Shown: positions 16,098-24,677 of the stretch, one piece after another
How positions within the stretch are numbered: position 1 is the stretch's first letter
Layout: every line of letters begins with the position of its first letter
Assembly: GCA_963771395.1 (NCBI GenBank)
Contig: CAVYTY010000029.1
Span: 13,206-77,205 of the forward strand
Length of the DNA stretch: 64,000 bases
DNA from: an uncultured Acidobacteriota bacterium
GTDB taxonomy: Bacteria; Acidobacteriota; Vicinamibacteria; Vicinamibacterales; 2-12-FULL-66-21
Direction of reading: 5' to 3'
The notes under the pieces: generated by a model
Told to the model about the DNA's origin: nothing
The model's input: only the letters and a program-made list of their open reading frames with translations
The model's database searches: none
Made by a program: the position numbers and the translations under genes

Positions 16098-17726
16098 GTG
16101 AGCGTTTCCAGAGTCGTCACCGCCACCCTGGTCGCGACGGCCTCGGCCTCCGTCGCAGCCGGACTGGACCATTCCGCCCAGCAGCGGCCAGCCGGCCCGC
16201 GGATCGAGATCACGATCGCCGGGGATGCCCGCGCCGAGGCGACGACCGGGATGGTCTACGTCGCCATCAGTCGCGACAACAAGCGAACGCCGATCGAGCA
16301 GGCCGAGCCCACGGGCGCTCCTCTTTTTTCGATCCCCGTCGAGAGCCTGCAGGCCGGCACGCCGGTCGCCATCACCGCGGCCGAGCGCGGGCATCCGATC
16401 GCGAGCCTGAAGGACATCCCGGCCGGCGAATACTGGATGCAACCATTCGTCAATGTCTACACACGATTCGCGCGCGCCGACGGCAAGACCGTGTGGCTGC
16501 ACATGGATCAGTGGGAGGGCCAGAACTGGAAGCGGTCGCCGGGGAACATCTTTGGCGATCCGGTACGCATCCAGTTCGATCCCCGAACCACTTCACCGAT
16601 CCGCCTCGTCGCCGACAAGGTGATTCCGCCGATTCAGCCGCCGGCCGACACCGAGCTCGTCAAGCGCATCAAGATAGAGAGCCGAATCCTGACGAAGTGG
16701 TGGGGCCATCCGATCTATCTCGGCGCAACGGTCCTGCTGCCGAAGGACTACGACACCCGTCCCGATGTCCGCTATCCGGTGAACTACGAGCAGGGCCATT
16801 TCTCGCTGCGCGCGCCCGGCGGCTTCGGCACCGGCGGCGCCTTCGATACGTTCTGGCTCGCCTCGTCCACGCCGCGGATGATCTATGTGACGCTTCAGCA
16901 TCCATCGCCCTACTATGACGACTCGTATGGTGTGAACTCGGAGAACAACGGGCCGTTCGGCGACGCGATCCTCCAGGAGCTCATCCCCGCCATCGAGGAA
17001 GAATTCCGCGTCATCCGCGAGCCGTGGGCGCGCACGCTCTCCGGCGGATCGACCGGCGGATGGATCGCCGCCGCGCACCAGATCTTCTACCCGGATTTCT
17101 ACGGCCGCGCATTCGCCAGCTGCCCGGACTCGCTCGACTTCAGGTATCACCAGATCGTCGACATCTACAAGGACGCGAACGCGTACTTCGTCGACAAGGG
17201 CTGGATGCGCGTCGACCGCCCCAACCAGCAGCGGCCGGATGGCAACATCGAATCGATGATGAAGGACGAGAACCACTTCGAGCTCGTCGTCGGGGACAAG
17301 TCACGCTCGGGCGGCCAGTGGGACATCTGGGAGGCGACGTACTCACCCGTCGGTGCCGACGGCTACCCGAGACGCCTGTGGGACAAGAGCACCGGGCAGA
17401 TCGACAGGTCCGTCGCCGAGTCGTGGCGCAAGTACGACCTGCGCCACGTGCTCGAAACCAACTGGAGCACGCTCGGGCCGAAGGTCGCGCACAAGCTGAA
17501 CGTGTACGTCGGGGACATGGACTCGTACTATCTGAACAACGGCGTCGAGAAGCTGAACGAGTTTCTCGGCAAGGCCGACAACCCGAAGTTCACCGGCGAG
17601 ATCGTCTTCGAGCGTCGCGCCCCGCACTGCTGGGGCCCGCGCGGGGCGGACCTGATGACGAAGATGGTCCGGCACATCGAGAAATACGCGGCGCCGGGGG
17701 CGGATCTGAAGAGCTGGAGATACTGA
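16098..17726 (+). CDS. secreted esterase-family alpha/beta hydrolase (putative esterase/enterochelin-esterase-like)
   Basis: ORF 16017..17726 trimmed to GTG 16098 (VSVSRVVTATLVATASASVAAG signal). LSGGSTGGW is a GxSxG elbow. The upstream ORF codons are translated repeat DNA. Confidence 0.8.
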   Translation: MSVSRVVTATLVATASASVAAGLDHSAQQRPAGPRIEITIAGDARAEATTGMVYVAISRDNKRTPIEQAEPTGAPLFSIPVESLQAGTPVAITAAERGHPIASLKDIPAGEYWMQPFVNVYTRFARADGKTVWLHMDQWEGQNWKRSPGNIFGDPVRIQFDPRTTSPIRLVADKVIPPIQPPADTELVKRIKIESRILTKWWGHPIYLGATVLLPKDYDTRPDVRYPVNYEQGHFSLRAPGGFGTGGAFDTFWLASSTPRMIYVTLQHPSPYYDDSYGVNSENNGPFGDAILQELIPAIEEEFRVIREPWARTLSGGSTGGWIAAAHQIFYPDFYGRAFASCPDSLDFRYHQIVDIYKDANAYFVDKGWMRVDRPNQQRPDGNIESMMKDENHFELVVGDKSRSGGQWDIWEATYSPVGADGYPRRLWDKSTGQIDRSVAESWRKYDLRHVLETNWSTLGPKVAHKLNVYVGDMDSYYLNNGVEKLNEFLGKADNPKFTGEIVFERRAPHCWGPRGADLMTKMVRHIEKYAAPGADLKSWRY

Positions 17727-17727
17727 C

Positions 17728-17819
17728 GCGGCTCAAGGCTCCGGGCTTTGGGCTCTAGCAAACCCCTCGACCATGTAGTCGAAGATCTTGCGAGCGCCTG
17801 AAGCCCGGAGCCAAGAGCC
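17728..17819. repeat. tandem-motif hairpin element, GGCTC-unit family with conserved core, between convergent genes
   Basis: Left arm GGCTCAAGGCTCCGGGCTTTGGGCTCTAGCAA. Right arm TTGCGAGCGCCTGAAGCCCGGAGCCAAGAGCC is its imperfect reverse complement. Core at 17755-17791. Confidence 0.85.
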
Positions 17820-20467
17820 TACTCCCTCAACGACATAGCCGGATCGACGCGCGCGGCTCTGAGCGCGGGGACATAGCTCGCCAACGCGCCGGCGAGCGCG
17901 AGGATGGCGGCGACCGACAGCAGGACCGCCGGATCGGCCCGCGGCGTCTCGAACAGGAACGCGGATACCACGCGGCTCATGGCGACTGCGCCAATCAGCC
18001 CCACGACCAGTCCAGCCAGCACCACGCGAAGCCCGTCCCACACGACCATCCTCAGCACGAGCGAGCGGCTCGCGCCGAGCGCCAGTCGAAGCCCGATCTC
18101 CCTCGTCCGGGATGAGACCGCGAACGCGACGACGCCGTAGAGCCCGATCGCGGCGAGCAGCAGCGCGGCGCCGGCAAAGCCGGTCAGCACCGTCGTGGCG
18201 AACCGCTCGACGGCGAGCGACCGGTCGATCACCTGCGCCAGCGTCCGGATGTCGTAGATCGCGATCGTGCCGTCGAGCGCCGCGACCTCGCGGCGGATAG
18301 CCGGCAGCATCGAGTACGGGTCGCCGCTCCCACGCACGACGATCGACATCGTATGAGCGGGGCGCTGCGTGTGCGGTTCGTAGACCTCGGGCCTGACCTC
18401 GACCGCGAGCCCATCCTGCTTCTCGTCGGCGACGACGCCGACGATCGTTCTCCATCGCGTCGTCGGCGAGGGACGGCCGTACGTGAGTCGCTGGCCGATC
18501 GCGCTCCGATTCTTGAAGTACAACTGCGCGAGCGTTTGGTTGATGATCGCCACCGGCTGTGCCGTCGCTCTGTCACCCGTCGTGAAATCGCGTCCCGCCA
18601 TCAGCCGGATACCGGCCGCGTCGAGAAACCCTGGCGTGATGCCCTTGTGTCGCAGCTCTCTTCCCCAGACATCAGGTTGACCGTCGATGAAGAGATCGCC
18701 GGTCCATGTGTACCCCTCGAGCGCCAGGCGCACGGTTGCACCCGCCGCGCCCACGCCCGGGATGCTCCGCAGCCTGCTGACGGCCTCGGAGAAAAACACA
18801 GCCGCCTTCTGATCGTCGTCGTATCGCAGCGCCGGCAACGAGAGCTTGAAGGAAAGACCGCCGCTGGGATCGATGCCCGGGTCGACGCCGCGCAGCTGGA
18901 GAAAGCTTCGCACCAGCAGACCCGAGGCGACGAGGAGCACAACCGAGAGCGCGACCTCGATGACGATCAGCCCACGCCTCACCATCACCCCGCCGCCTGT
19001 GGCGCTGCGGCCGCCCTCCTGCAACGTGTCCGCCGGCGTCGAGCGAACGCTCTGCCACGCCGGCGCCAATCCGAACACGAGCGACGTCCCGAGCGCGGCG
19101 AGGACGATGAAGCCGAGCACCCATCCGTCGATGGCTGCCTGCTCGAGGCGCGGCACACCGGCCGGCGCCGATTCCCGCAGCCAGTCGACCGCGACACGGG
19201 CGACGATCGCGCCGGCTGCCGCACCCGCGGCCGCGAGGACCAGGCTCTCCGTGAAGAGCTGACGCAGCAGCCGCAACCGACCGGCGCCGAGGGCGACGCG
19301 AATCGCGAGTTCGCGCCTGCGGGTCGTCGCGCGCGCCAGAAGGAGGCTCGCGACGTTCGTGCACGCGATGAGCAGCACCAGGCCGACCGCTCCCATGAGC
19401 ATCAGGAGCGCCTGCCGGTTGTCGCCGACGAACCACTCGTGCAGCGGCCCGAGGCCAACGCCCATCTGCGTATTGGTGTCCGGGTACTCGCGTTCGAGCT
19501 CACCGGCGATGCGCGTCATGTCCGCACGGGCCTGACCGAGCGTGACACCCGGCGCGAGACGCGCGACCGCCCGGAACCAGTGCGGGCGGCGCATGCTGCG
19601 GAAGAGCGGCTCGTTCAAAACCTGCGGCGTCCAGTAGTCGGCCGCGGCCCCTGGGAAGGTGAAGGTCCGCGGCATGATGCCGACGATCTGAACGGACGCG
19701 CCGTCGAGGTCGATCGCCCGCCCTACCGCCGCCGGATCGGCTGCGAAGCGGCGGCGCCAGAAACCGTCGCTGAGCACGATGACGCGTGCATGGCCGCGCT
19801 GTTCATCGGCCGGAGTAAACGTGCGGCCGTGGGCGGCGTCGGTGCCGAGCACGGAAAAAAAGTCGGCCGAGACGTCCATGCCGCGAACCCGATCCGGCTC
19901 TCCGATGCCAGTCAGCGTCGCGTCGTTGAGGCCGGGCCCCTTGCCGTCAGCGCCGGTGTAGTAGGCAATCGCCTCGAACGATCGGTTGCGGGCTCTCCAG
20001 TCGAGCAGGTTCGCCGGCGCCACCGTCGCGTGCGTCCAGTTCCGCGGCGGATTGGTCTCCCAGATCTGCACGAGGCGATCCGGTTCGCGATACGGCAGCG
20101 GTTGGAGAAGCACGGCGTGAACGACGCTGAAGACCGCCGCGTTGGCGCCGATCCCGAGCGCGAGCGTCAGGATCGAGATCGAAGTGAACGCCGGGCGTTG
20201 CCGTAGACCGCGAAGCGCGTAGCGGACATCTTGAAGAATCACGGACAAGCTCCATTCTTCCTTGCGCAACCACGCGGCGTGCAGGACGGCGCCGCACGAC
20301 CGCAGGACCAGACGCAGGCGCGACCCGAGCGAGAGCGTCGCCCCGTTCGCGAGCCGTTCGCGCTCGTGCCACAGCTCGGCCTCCCACTCGCGCGTCCAGT
20401 CGTCGCGGAAGGCGCACGGCACGATGGCCGTTCCGAGCGCGATGAGAAGGCGAGAGAGCCCCAGCAT
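17819..20467 (-). CDS. ADOP-type duplicated ABC permease (MacB-like, two FtsX domains)
   Basis: The real start is ATG 20467 (MLGLSRLLIALG...), overlapping the PadR stop by 1 nt (TGATG). The listed 1222-aa ORF is an upstream run-on. 882 aa with a DVRYALRGLRQRPAFTSISILTLALGIGANAAVFS-type N-terminal TM and two permease halves. PadR + ADOP is the classic acidobacterial pair (TIGR03433/TIGR03434). Confidence 0.9.
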   Translation of the reverse strand: MLGLSRLLIALGTAIVPCAFRDDWTREWEAELWHERERLANGATLSLGSRLRLVLRSCGAVLHAAWLRKEEWSLSVILQDVRYALRGLRQRPAFTSISILTLALGIGANAAVFSVVHAVLLQPLPYREPDRLVQIWETNPPRNWTHATVAPANLLDWRARNRSFEAIAYYTGADGKGPGLNDATLTGIGEPDRVRGMDVSADFFSVLGTDAAHGRTFTPADEQRGHARVIVLSDGFWRRRFAADPAAVGRAIDLDGASVQIVGIMPRTFTFPGAAADYWTPQVLNEPLFRSMRRPHWFRAVARLAPGVTLGQARADMTRIAGELEREYPDTNTQMGVGLGPLHEWFVGDNRQALLMLMGAVGLVLLIACTNVASLLLARATTRRRELAIRVALGAGRLRLLRQLFTESLVLAAAGAAAGAIVARVAVDWLRESAPAGVPRLEQAAIDGWVLGFIVLAALGTSLVFGLAPAWQSVRSTPADTLQEGGRSATGGGVMVRRGLIVIEVALSVVLLVASGLLVRSFLQLRGVDPGIDPSGGLSFKLSLPALRYDDDQKAAVFFSEAVSRLRSIPGVGAAGATVRLALEGYTWTGDLFIDGQPDVWGRELRHKGITPGFLDAAGIRLMAGRDFTTGDRATAQPVAIINQTLAQLYFKNRSAIGQRLTYGRPSPTTRWRTIVGVVADEKQDGLAVEVRPEVYEPHTQRPAHTMSIVVRGSGDPYSMLPAIRREVAALDGTIAIYDIRTLAQVIDRSLAVERFATTVLTGFAGAALLLAAIGLYGVVAFAVSSRTREIGLRLALGASRSLVLRMVVWDGLRVVLAGLVVGLIGAVAMSRVVSAFLFETPRADPAVLLSVAAILALAGALASYVPALRAARVDPAMSLRE

Positions 20468-20793
20468 CAGGCCTTTGCGCGCGCCGCGCGGTTCGCGAGC
20501 GTGGGCCGGACGGGCCTCAGCGCGTGGAAGCGGTCGAGCGCCTCGACCAGTGCGCGCTCGCCCTGCGCGGTGATGCGGTAGTAGCGGCGCGGCGGCCGGC
20601 GGTCGCCGTGCGCCTTCACCAGGTCCTCCCACTGAGACTTGACGTATCCGTCGCGTTCGAGACGTGACAACGCCGGATACACCGTGCCGCTCGGGAGCTC
20701 CGAGCGATCCATGATGTCGAAGCCGTAGCGCACGCCGTCGGCGATCGCATGCAGCACCGACACCGCCGCGTAACTCAGTCGTCTTCCGGACAC
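20467..20793 (-). CDS. PadR-family transcriptional regulator
   Basis: GTG 20793 behind GGAGG. VLHAIADGVRYGFDIMDRSELPSGTVYPALSRLERDGYV...RRYYRITAQG. Confidence 0.9.
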   Translation of the reverse strand: MSGRRLSYAAVSVLHAIADGVRYGFDIMDRSELPSGTVYPALSRLERDGYVKSQWEDLVKAHGDRRPPRRYYRITAQGERALVEALDRFHALRPVRPTLANRAARAKA

Positions 20794-20850
20794 GCGCCTG
20801 CCTCCACAGTACTTTGGCTACTGCTATAGTTATACTACATAGTTCGACTC

Positions 20851-20984
20851 TTGGCTCTAGGCTGTTCGGGTACGCGGTCGAGGGTTTTCCTGAAGCCGAG
20901 ATCGCCGGGGCTCTCGGCTCTGGCGGGAGCTTCGAGTAAGCGGCCGAGGGTTTTCCTAGAGCCTGGAGCCGAAAGCCAAGAGCC
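20851..20984. repeat. tandem-motif hairpin element, GGCTC-unit family, two inverted copies of the conserved core
   Basis: GGTCGAGGGTTTTCCT (20876-20891) and GCTTCGAGTAAGCGGCCGAGGGTTTTCCTAGAGCC (20929-20963). The reverse complement of the latter matches 17751-17785 at 27 of 35 positions. Flanked by TTGGCTCT / CCAAGAGCC units. Confidence 0.8.
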
Positions 20985-20988
20985 TGGT

Positions 20989-22061
20989 CTATACGAACCG
21001 CGTCAGCGTGACGTCGAGCACCCGCGCCTGACGGTTGCCGCGGTGCCACTGGACGAGGATGGGGCTCTGGTAGGTGCCTTCGACGATCGTGCCGCGATCG
21101 ACGCTGTGGCGGTCGGACACGAAGAGGCTGACGGAGCGCTTCATGCGCAGGAACCGGGACGCCGGCATCGCGATCGCGCGTGAGAGCACGCTTTCGACCA
21201 TCGACTCGTGCAGGCCGACGGCATCGAGGAGCTGGTTGAAGACGCGCACGAGGTCGTACTTCGCGTAGTCGAGCGTCTTGGCCGGAATCGCGCGGGGGTT
21301 GCCCAGCATGTGGCCCGCCTTCTCGACCATGAAGCGCAACGGATCGCGCAGCACTTCCGACAGGTCGTGACGCATCAACAGCGTCTCGTATTCGTTGACG
21401 GTCAGGCCGGCGTGTCGCTCGCCGGGCGCGAGCGAGAGGCGAATGCGGCCTTTCGTCACGCCGTGCTCGGCCACCAGCTGCCGGCACTGCTCGTAAATCC
21501 CCAACCGCGGGTTCTTCAGGTTGACCGAGTCGACCGCGTGCCGGGAAACGGGCACCACGATGCGCGTCTGCGCGACGGGCTCCTCGTGGGAATACCCGAG
21601 CACGCTCGTCCGGCGGCGCCGGGGGCGGCCGGCGTGGACTCCGTCGAGGTCGATGAAACAGACAGGCTCGTTCGGCCGGTTGCGGTAGGTGACACAGGTC
21701 CGCAGCGCTCCGGCCATGAACGCCAGATGCGAATCGGCGTTCTGGGGCTCCTCGGGCTTCTGGGCCTCGGTCAGTTCCGTCCGCCGGTCAATCTTGTCGT
21801 GCTCGTATCCCGCACCCTCCGGGAACATCGTCCGGAAGACGTTGATATAGGACATGACGCCCGCCGCGGCTATGGTTGAGCCGGGTCGCGAGGCTCTGGT
21901 CCAGATATCCCGCCGTCGTGTGGAACGAGCAACAGAGCGCCTGCGGGATAGGCGTCTAGACTATCGCCAAAGCGTTGGGACACCAGTTGGCGGACGTCGA
22001 TGACGTCCACCCGCGCACGGGGAATGAGTTCGAAGTCGAACTCGACAGGCGCTATGGACAT
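20989..22061 (-). CDS. YjbQ/UPF0047-like protein, long form; frame broken twice
   Basis: ORF 21870..22061 (MSIAPVEFDFELIPRARVDVIDV...DAY), a third-frame stretch QALCCSFHTTAGYLDQSLATRLNHSRGG, then ORF 20989..21855 (MSYINVFRTMFPEGAGYEHDK...NADSHL...GTYQSPILVQWHRGNRQARVLDVTLTRFV). The HTTAG, Y.H and N..aHl blocks and the closing GT(W/Y)Q...R...V pattern match UPF0047. Breaks at about 21925-21945 and 21858-21866. Confidence 0.7.
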
Positions 22062-22132
22062 TCAGAAGCGGATAACCGCCTTATAAAGTAACACGTTTAT
22101 ACTTTGCATTGCAAAGCCTTTTAGTATGCCGG

Positions 22133-22872
22133 CTACTTCCGCTTCCCCGAGAACGTCCCCTCCCCCAGGTCGCCGAACGTGACCGTCCCCTTCATCGTGT
22201 CTTTCTCGACCGTTCCTGAGTACGTCGACCTTGACGGCGTTGCCGTCGAACGAGGCCGTAAACCCGAACGAGATCGCGTTGCCCTTGATCGTGCCGGTAA
22301 GTTGCTGCTCGCCAAGCACCTGCGAGGAGTAGTGCCCGCGTGAGCTTCTCGCCCTCCTGCTTGAACGTCACCGTCGGGGTGCCGGTCGTCCCGCCGCCGA
22401 TTTCGATCTGGAACGCCCAGGCGCCGGTGACGTCGACTGGTTTCTCCGCCTGCGCCGGCGGCTTGTCCGCCTGCGCCGGGGCCGCCACGGGAGCCGCCGC
22501 CTGCGTCCCGCCCCGCCGCTTCGCGCTCCATTCCGCCTGGCCCTGACCGTTGAAGTCCATCGTGCCGCTGATGGCGTCGCCGTCCTGATTCCCGTTCATC
22601 ACGATGGCGAAGGGACCGTTGGGCGTTTGAACCGAGAAGTTGACGGAAACCGCCTTCTCTTTCTGCGTGCCCTGGATTGCCACTTCGCCCTGGGGCCCGG
22701 CGATCGAGCCGGTCAGCTTCTCGCCGTCCTTCTTGAGGGTCAGTGACACCGTCATCGGGCCGCTGGGCGTGGTCAGGTTCACGTCCCACGTCCCGCCGAC
22801 GTCGGCACTCTGAGCGGACGCGGAACCGGCCAGCATGAGAACGGCAACCAATATCGGGAGGATGTTCTTCAT
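22133..22872 (-). CDS. secreted protein with two tandem beta-rich domains of about 95 aa; frame broken twice
   Basis: MKNILPILVAVLMLAGSASAQ signal. Domain 1 is GTWDVNLTTPSGPMTVSLTLKKDGEKLTGSIAGPQGEV...DFNGQGQAEWSAKR. Domain 2 is GAWAFQIEIGGGTTGTPTVTFKQEGEKLT|GHYSSQVLGEQQLTGTIKGNAISFGFTASFDGNAVKV(D/E)|YSGTVEKDTMKGTVTFGDLGEGTFSGKRK, spread over ORFs 22192..22872, 22062..22319 and 22133..22789. Breaks at about 22335-22342 and 22220-22224. Confidence 0.6.
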
Positions 22873-22904
22873 AGCGGGTGATTATAGGCCACAGTTGAGC
22901 CGGA

Positions 22905-22970
22905 GTCAGATCTGCGATTTTCTCGAGCGGCGTCGATGCCGGCCCCTAATGAGAAGATCGAGATTCTGAC
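22905..22970. repeat. tandem-motif hairpin element (GATYTYC unit)
   Basis: GTCAGATCTGCGATTTTCTC (22905-22924) and GAGAAGATCGAGATTCTGAC (22951-22970) are imperfect reverse complements, separated by a 26-nt loop. Confidence 0.7.
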
Positions 22971-22974
22971 CCCA

Positions 22975-24366
22975 TCAGCAGAGGACGCGAATCACGTCGG
23001 ACCGCGTGATGATGTAGGTCTTGTCGGTCTTGAAGTCGCGCACCAGGACGGCCGGGATTCGCGGGCGTGATCATGGTGGACAGGAGCTCGAGCGGCGTGG
23101 AGATGTCGACGAACGGAAACGCCGGCTGCATGATCGTCTCGACGGGCTGCTTCTTGACCTCGGGCGACCCCACGAGTTGCTCGTAGAGGTGGGCTTCGTT
23201 GAGCGATCCGACGAGCCGCTTGTCGCGCGTGATCGAAATCTGCGAGAAGTCGTGCTCGCCCATCAACTTGACCGCGATTTCGACCGGCTCGGTGCCTTCG
23301 ATCGCGAGGAGCTCGCCCGAGACGCCCGAGGCGACGAGGTCGCGCGCGGTCAGGCCGCTCTTGTCGAAGAACCCCTTCTCGCGCATCCAGTCGTCGTTGA
23401 ACATCTTCCCGAGGTAGCGCGAGCCGTGGTCGTGAAAGATCACGACGACGAGGTCGTCTGCGGCGAACCGATCCTTGAGCTGCAGCACGCCGGCCATCGC
23501 CGAGCCCGCCGAATTCCCCGCGAAGATGCCCTCCTCGCGCGCGATTCGCCGCGTCATGAGCGCCGCGTCCTTGTCCGTCACCTTCTCGAAGTGGTCGATG
23601 ACGCTGAAGTCGACGTTCTTGGGCAGGAAGTCCTCGCCGATCCCTTCCGTGACGTAGGGATAGATCTCGTTCTTGTCGAAGATCCCCGTCTCCTTGTACT
23701 TCTTGAAGACCGACCCGTACGTGTCGATGCCCCACACCTTGATCTTGGCGTTCTTTTCCTTGAGGTACCGGCCAACGCCGCTAATCGTGCCGCCGGTGCC
23801 GACGCCGACGACGAGATGCGTGACTCGACCGTCTGTCTGTTCCCAGATTTCGGGGCCCGTCTCCTCGTAGTGCGCCGCCGTGTTCGCCAGATTGTCGGTA
23901 CTGGTTGGCCTTCCAGGAGTTCGGGATTTCCTTCTCGAGCCGCGACGAAACGGAATAGTAGGACCGGGGATCCTCGGGGTCGACGTTGGTCGGACACACG
24001 ATGACGTCCGCGCCAAACGCCCTGAGCGCGTCGACTTTTCTCCTTCGACTGCTTGTCGGTTGTCGTGAACACGCATTTGTAGCCCTTGACGACCGCCGCA
24101 ATCGCCAGCCCCATCCCGGTATTGCCAGACGTGCCCTCGATGATCGTTCCGCCCGGTTTCAGCAGCCCCTTCCGCTCGGCGTCCTCGATCATCCGGACGG
24201 CCATGCGGTCCTTGATCGAGTTGCCAGGATTGACGGTCTCGATCTTCGCGAGGACCGTCGCTCGGACAATGCCTCTGGTAATCCGGTTGATCCGGATCAT
24301 CGGCGTGTCGCCGATCGCTTCGAGAACGTTGTTGAAGACCTTCTTCTTCGCGGTGATAGTGCTCAT
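22975..24366 (-). CDS. cystathionine beta-synthase-type PLP enzyme (cysteine synthase fold plus C-terminal CBS pair); frame broken three times
   Basis: ORF 23578..24366 (PGNSIKDRMA PLP-lysine, GTSGNTG), ORF 23781..24101 (VDALRAFGADVIVCPTNVDPEDP...SWKANQY) and ORF 22946..24076 (DNLANTAAHYEETGPEIW...GVGTGGTISG...two CBS motifs). The tail AVLVRDFKTDKTYIITRSDVIRVLC-stop (22977-22975) is in another frame. Breaks at the A4 run 24036-24039, at GGTAC 23897-23901, and at about 23050-23056. Confidence 0.9.
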
Positions 24367-24381
24367 GGATCGCAGATGGCC

Positions 24382-24555
24382 CTACAGCACGAGCCGGTGC
24401 AAGAGGAAGAACATCGTGGCCAGGAGGAACAGACCGACCCCTCCCTCGAGAAAGATGCCGTCATCGTCTCGGCTCTTGTACCTGCCCAGCGTGACGAGCT
24501 TGAGACCGCTGTAGCCGACGAGCCGGACGAGGTCCTGAAGCACGTCTTCACCCAC
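24382..24555 (-). CDS. possible small membrane protein (57 aa) just upstream of the CBS-type gene
   Basis: Below the 60-aa cutoff of the ORF track. GTG...VGEDVLQDLVRLVGYSGLKLVTLGRYKSRDDDGIFLEGGVGLFLLATMFFLLHRLVL-stop (TAG 24384-24382), with one C-terminal TM helix. No homology recognised. Confidence 0.25.
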   Translation of the reverse strand: MGEDVLQDLVRLVGYSGLKLVTLGRYKSRDDDGIFLEGGVGLFLLATMFFLLHRLVL

Positions 24556-24677
24556 GCCACGATCGTAGCATGCCCCTTACGGTCCGCGCGTCGGGACACC
24601 TGGCAGGCAAGCAGTTCAGGAGAGACGGCGCCGTTCGGACGGAATAGAGTGATCCGCGATCGAAGATAATTGACTGT

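Noticed and set aside
17819-21487. 1222-aa ORF suggesting a giant protein
   Set aside because: Only the C-terminal 882 aa (from ATG 20467) look like the ADOP permease. The N-terminal 340 codons read through the PadR gene, a repeat element and the next gene in the wrong frames and are Arg/Pro-rich junk.
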